NCBI GenBank assembly: GCA_016197005.1
Contig: JACPWO010000004.1
Coordinates: 70,305 to 134,304 of the forward strand
Source: Candidatus Anderseniibacteriota bacterium
GTDB taxonomy: Bacteria; Patescibacteriota; Andersenbacteria; UBA10190
Direction of reading: 5' to 3'
DNA: 64,000 bases
This document shows positions 61,768 through 64,000 of the stretch, piece by piece. The notes beneath the pieces are model-generated. The model was given only the letters and a program-made list of their open reading frames with translations, was not told where the DNA came from and did no database searches. The position numbers were made by a program, and so were the translations under genes. Within the stretch, counting starts at the first letter, position 1. The number at the start of each line of letters is the position of its first letter.

Positions 61768-63324
61768 ATGCGAGTAGCGCCCCTCTCAGTGCGGATGTAT
61801 CACATCTTGGCGGATAGTTTCCATGTCTCACAGTGGATTGAGGCTCACGGCCGAAGCAACGGTCAGTCCATCTCCTTTCTGAGACATCTGACCGAACACG
61901 TGGATCTGATTAAGGATGCTGGTTGGACACATCTCTACCTCACCGGTGGATTTGTGCGTGGAAAGCTCTATGCGAAAGGGCGAGGTACGCCTTTTTGCAT
62001 TCGCAATCACTTAGAATTCGAGCCATCGTTTGGAACTGCTGACGAGCTTCGCTCGCTGGCAACTCTCATGCCGGTTGTTTTGGATTTCGTACCGAACCAT
62101 ACCGCTTGGGATCATCCCTGGATGTCCAATCGTGACTTTTACCGCTCCTGTAGTGGTAGTTGTCAGAATGAACATTGTTGTCGCAATGGAATTCATTGTG
62201 CAGGATTCTGGGACGATCGGTGTGGGCAACGCCGGCACTGGTCGGACATCGCTCAGCTTAATTTGACTGAGCCTCTCGTGTGGGAAGCTCATACGCACAC
62301 TGCACGTGAACTGCTGCGACTGGGGATTGCCGGCTTTCGAATCGATACCGCAGATAATTTCAAGGATGAACAAGCAATCGAGCGATTGTGGGGTGTCCGT
62401 CCGCGGGAGAACTACTTCCAAAAGATGGTTGCCCGAATTCGGGACGAGTATCCGAACACGTTGCTCATTGCTGAATCGAATGCTGGGGCAGATGGACTCG
62501 AAGCGTGTGGTATTGATGTCGTCTATGACGGCAGTGAACGGACCGGTGAACTTGCTTGGCGAGACGAACTGGCAGGGCGAGATGCTCGGGCCATTCAACG
62601 GAAGATTACTCGTCTCGCTCAGCTGTTTAACGAAGGTCGGGCGCGGCAGATTGATTGTGGTAATCACGATCAGCCTGCTCCTCGACGTCGTTATGGATCA
62701 TGGTTGCCCGGAGCGGAAGCCCTTACCTTTTTTGCTCCAGGTCCCCTTCTGTTTTTGGGAGGGAACGAGTCGGAGTACGACGGGTGGGTGGATAACGATG
62801 CACGGATGGCGGCTGAAGAGATGGAGACTCGGCCCCAACCTCTGTCACGAGAGTGCCAAGTTGACTGGTGTTCCGGCGGCGTAACCTCGCTCTATGCTCG
62901 TCTCTTTTCCGAGAGACGAGCAATTAACGGTCGGCTGGGCTCCAGCGTTTGCTGGGTGCCATCTAAAACCGATGGTTCTGAGGGCTGGGTGGGATATCGT
63001 GTACAAGGAAATTCTTTTTCCTACACGGTTCTTGCCAATCCCTCTCAAGAGCCGGTGGCTGTCAGAGAACATGGCAATGTTGAACTGGAACCCGGAGGGT
63101 TTCGGGTGTTGGTTCAAGACAGCAACATGCTTGAGCAAGTTTTCAAGCGCGTCGTCAGGGCGGGGGAACGTGTTAAAAATCTTCGTGTTGAAGCAGATCT
63201 ACACTCAAATGTTCTGCATCTACATGGAGAAACACGGTCATACTATGCTCGACAATGCGCCCAACATGCAGTCATGTCGCTGCGTGAAAACTTTAGTGTG
63301 AAGGATCACATCACTTCTTGGTAA
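61768..63324 (+). CDS. GH13 alpha-amylase-family glycoside hydrolase
   Basis: Region I 'VLDFVPNHTAWDH' and region II 'GFRIDTADNF'; SD 'AAGGAGGAA' 4 nt before ATG 61768. Confidence 0.75.
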   Translation: MRVAPLSVRMYHILADSFHVSQWIEAHGRSNGQSISFLRHLTEHVDLIKDAGWTHLYLTGGFVRGKLYAKGRGTPFCIRNHLEFEPSFGTADELRSLATLMPVVLDFVPNHTAWDHPWMSNRDFYRSCSGSCQNEHCCRNGIHCAGFWDDRCGQRRHWSDIAQLNLTEPLVWEAHTHTARELLRLGIAGFRIDTADNFKDEQAIERLWGVRPRENYFQKMVARIRDEYPNTLLIAESNAGADGLEACGIDVVYDGSERTGELAWRDELAGRDARAIQRKITRLAQLFNEGRARQIDCGNHDQPAPRRRYGSWLPGAEALTFFAPGPLLFLGGNESEYDGWVDNDARMAAEEMETRPQPLSRECQVDWCSGGVTSLYARLFSERRAINGRLGSSVCWVPSKTDGSEGWVGYRVQGNSFSYTVLANPSQEPVAVREHGNVELEPGGFRVLVQDSNMLEQVFKRVVRAGERVKNLRVEADLHSNVLHLHGETRSYYARQCAQHAVMSLRENFSVKDHITSW

Positions 63325-63327
63325 CGT

Positions 63328-63370
63328 AAAAGGCAGTTTGGAACGAAAGTTCCCAGCTGCCTCTTTTTTT
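63328..63370 (+). terminator. Intrinsic terminator
   Basis: 'GGCAGtttGGAACgaaaGTTCCcaGCTGCC' (nested stems, GAAA tetraloop) followed by TCTTTTTTT. Confidence 0.7.
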
Positions 63371-63399
63371 ACTTTAAAATCCCGCGTATTCTTGGGCAT

Positions 63400-64000
63400 A
63401 TGGCAAATATGGTATGGCCAGACAATGTACAGCGGCGGCTGCAAAAAGCTCCCCAAGATACATGGAAAAACAAAGAACTCGAAGCTATTGTTGATGCTTC
63501 GGAAATACTCTCGGCAGCACAATTTCAAGAGATTATTGCGCGTATGCAAGCGGAAGGAGCTTTTGCTATCCGTCTCGAACACAAAGAGCTCCCGCAACTC
63601 AACACTATTATTACGTTTTCTCGGGCGGCTGATACACGAGCATGGCCGATGGGAACGAATGTGTGGATACGTGATCTCACTCTAATGGCTGAGCGGCTTG
63701 TAACATCAGCTTCTCTTCCCGTGTTTGCTGAAAATAAAGAAATAGGAAAGCAAATGATTCTTTCCGCGTTGTCACTTATGTCAACGCCGTCTCAGCTTAA
63801 CCGCTTTCGTGCCATTATCTCTGGTCGGACAGATGTTACCCGGGCCAGTAACTGGCCACATATCTTTTTAGATAGCCGAGATAACTTAAGCGGAGAGCGC
63901 ATGGAGGGTTGGTCACACAAACAGGAGGCGTGGCAGATGACGGCAGTAGTCACTCTGCAAATGCTACAGAGCGGAATTCTGACAGCAAGCGATCTCTTAC
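63400..64000 (+). CDS. Hypothetical protein; 5' portion only, runs off the window end (possibly a glycoside-hydrolase-associated protein)
   Basis: Open frame from ATG 63400 to the window end: 'MANMVWPDNVQRRLQKAPQDTWKNKELEAIVDASE...TRAWPMGTNVWIRDLTLMAERL...'. Not in the ORF track because there is no stop in the window. Confidence 0.35.
   Translation, partial: MANMVWPDNVQRRLQKAPQDTWKNKELEAIVDASEILSAAQFQEIIARMQAEGAFAIRLEHKELPQLNTIITFSRAADTRAWPMGTNVWIRDLTLMAERLVTSASLPVFAENKEIGKQMILSALSLMSTPSQLNRFRAIISGRTDVTRASNWPHIFLDSRDNLSGERMEGWSHKQEAWQMTAVVTLQMLQSGILTASDLL

Noticed and set aside
1-64000. CRISPR arrays, rRNA genes, transposase/IS elements
   Set aside because: No regularly spaced short direct repeats, no rRNA-like conserved stretches and no DDE-transposase ORFs were seen. 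The only Cas-like gene, the Cas4-like one, is in a non-CRISPR context.

Overview
This 64-kb window is bacterial chromosome with broadly Gram-positive-like gene content: RNase J, a SipW/TasA-type signal-peptidase/substrate pair and a CcdA/TlpA thiol-disulfide module. It has four functional blocks.

(1) 1-11.5 kb. A partial ychF is abutted and overlapped by a large serine recombinase. That recombinase opens a phage-satellite-like integrated element carrying a resolvase fragment, primase-type replication proteins, a ParB-nuclease/DNA-methyltransferase fusion and small and large terminase subunits, but no visible structural genes. A catalytic-domain-only tyrosine recombinase follows.

(2) 11.7-29.2 kb. 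This is a defense-island-like region. Its core is a tightly translationally coupled operon at 13.5-25.2 kb: a wHTH regulator, a PLD-nuclease/SNF2-helicase fusion, an Eco57I/PglX-type N6-adenine methyltransferase that a (GA)8 dinucleotide tract has split into two ORFs, a 183-aa and a 999-aa protein with no recognisable motifs, and a Cas4/RecB-like 4-Cys PD-(D/E)xK nuclease. Immediately downstream are a PEP-utilising (rifampin-phosphotransferase-like) kinase, a receiver/FtsK-gamma protein and a SWIM zinc-finger protein. The combination resembles DISARM or BREX, but I cannot assign it to either as I know them.

(3) 29-45 kb. This block holds membrane and stress genes: a DedA-PAP2 fusion, a Met-rich SHOCT protein plus an unannotated 53-aa Cys/His-rich ORF, an Arr-type ADP-ribosyltransferase and a YqjD/YqjE-like cluster. 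It also contains two copies of a conserved ~70-nt noncoding element ending in a terminator hairpin.

(4) 45-64 kb. This is housekeeping: a znuA-zur-yibEF zinc regulon with Zur-box palindromes, an ANTAR regulator, a TrmB regulator, a candidate ~440-nt ncRNA unit, a Zwf-Gnd fusion, PMM/PGM, trpS, RNase J with an RG-rich N-terminal tail, an unannotated 47-aa Cys-rich ORF, tRNA-Leu(CAG) and a GH13 amylase.

No CRISPR array or rRNA was seen.
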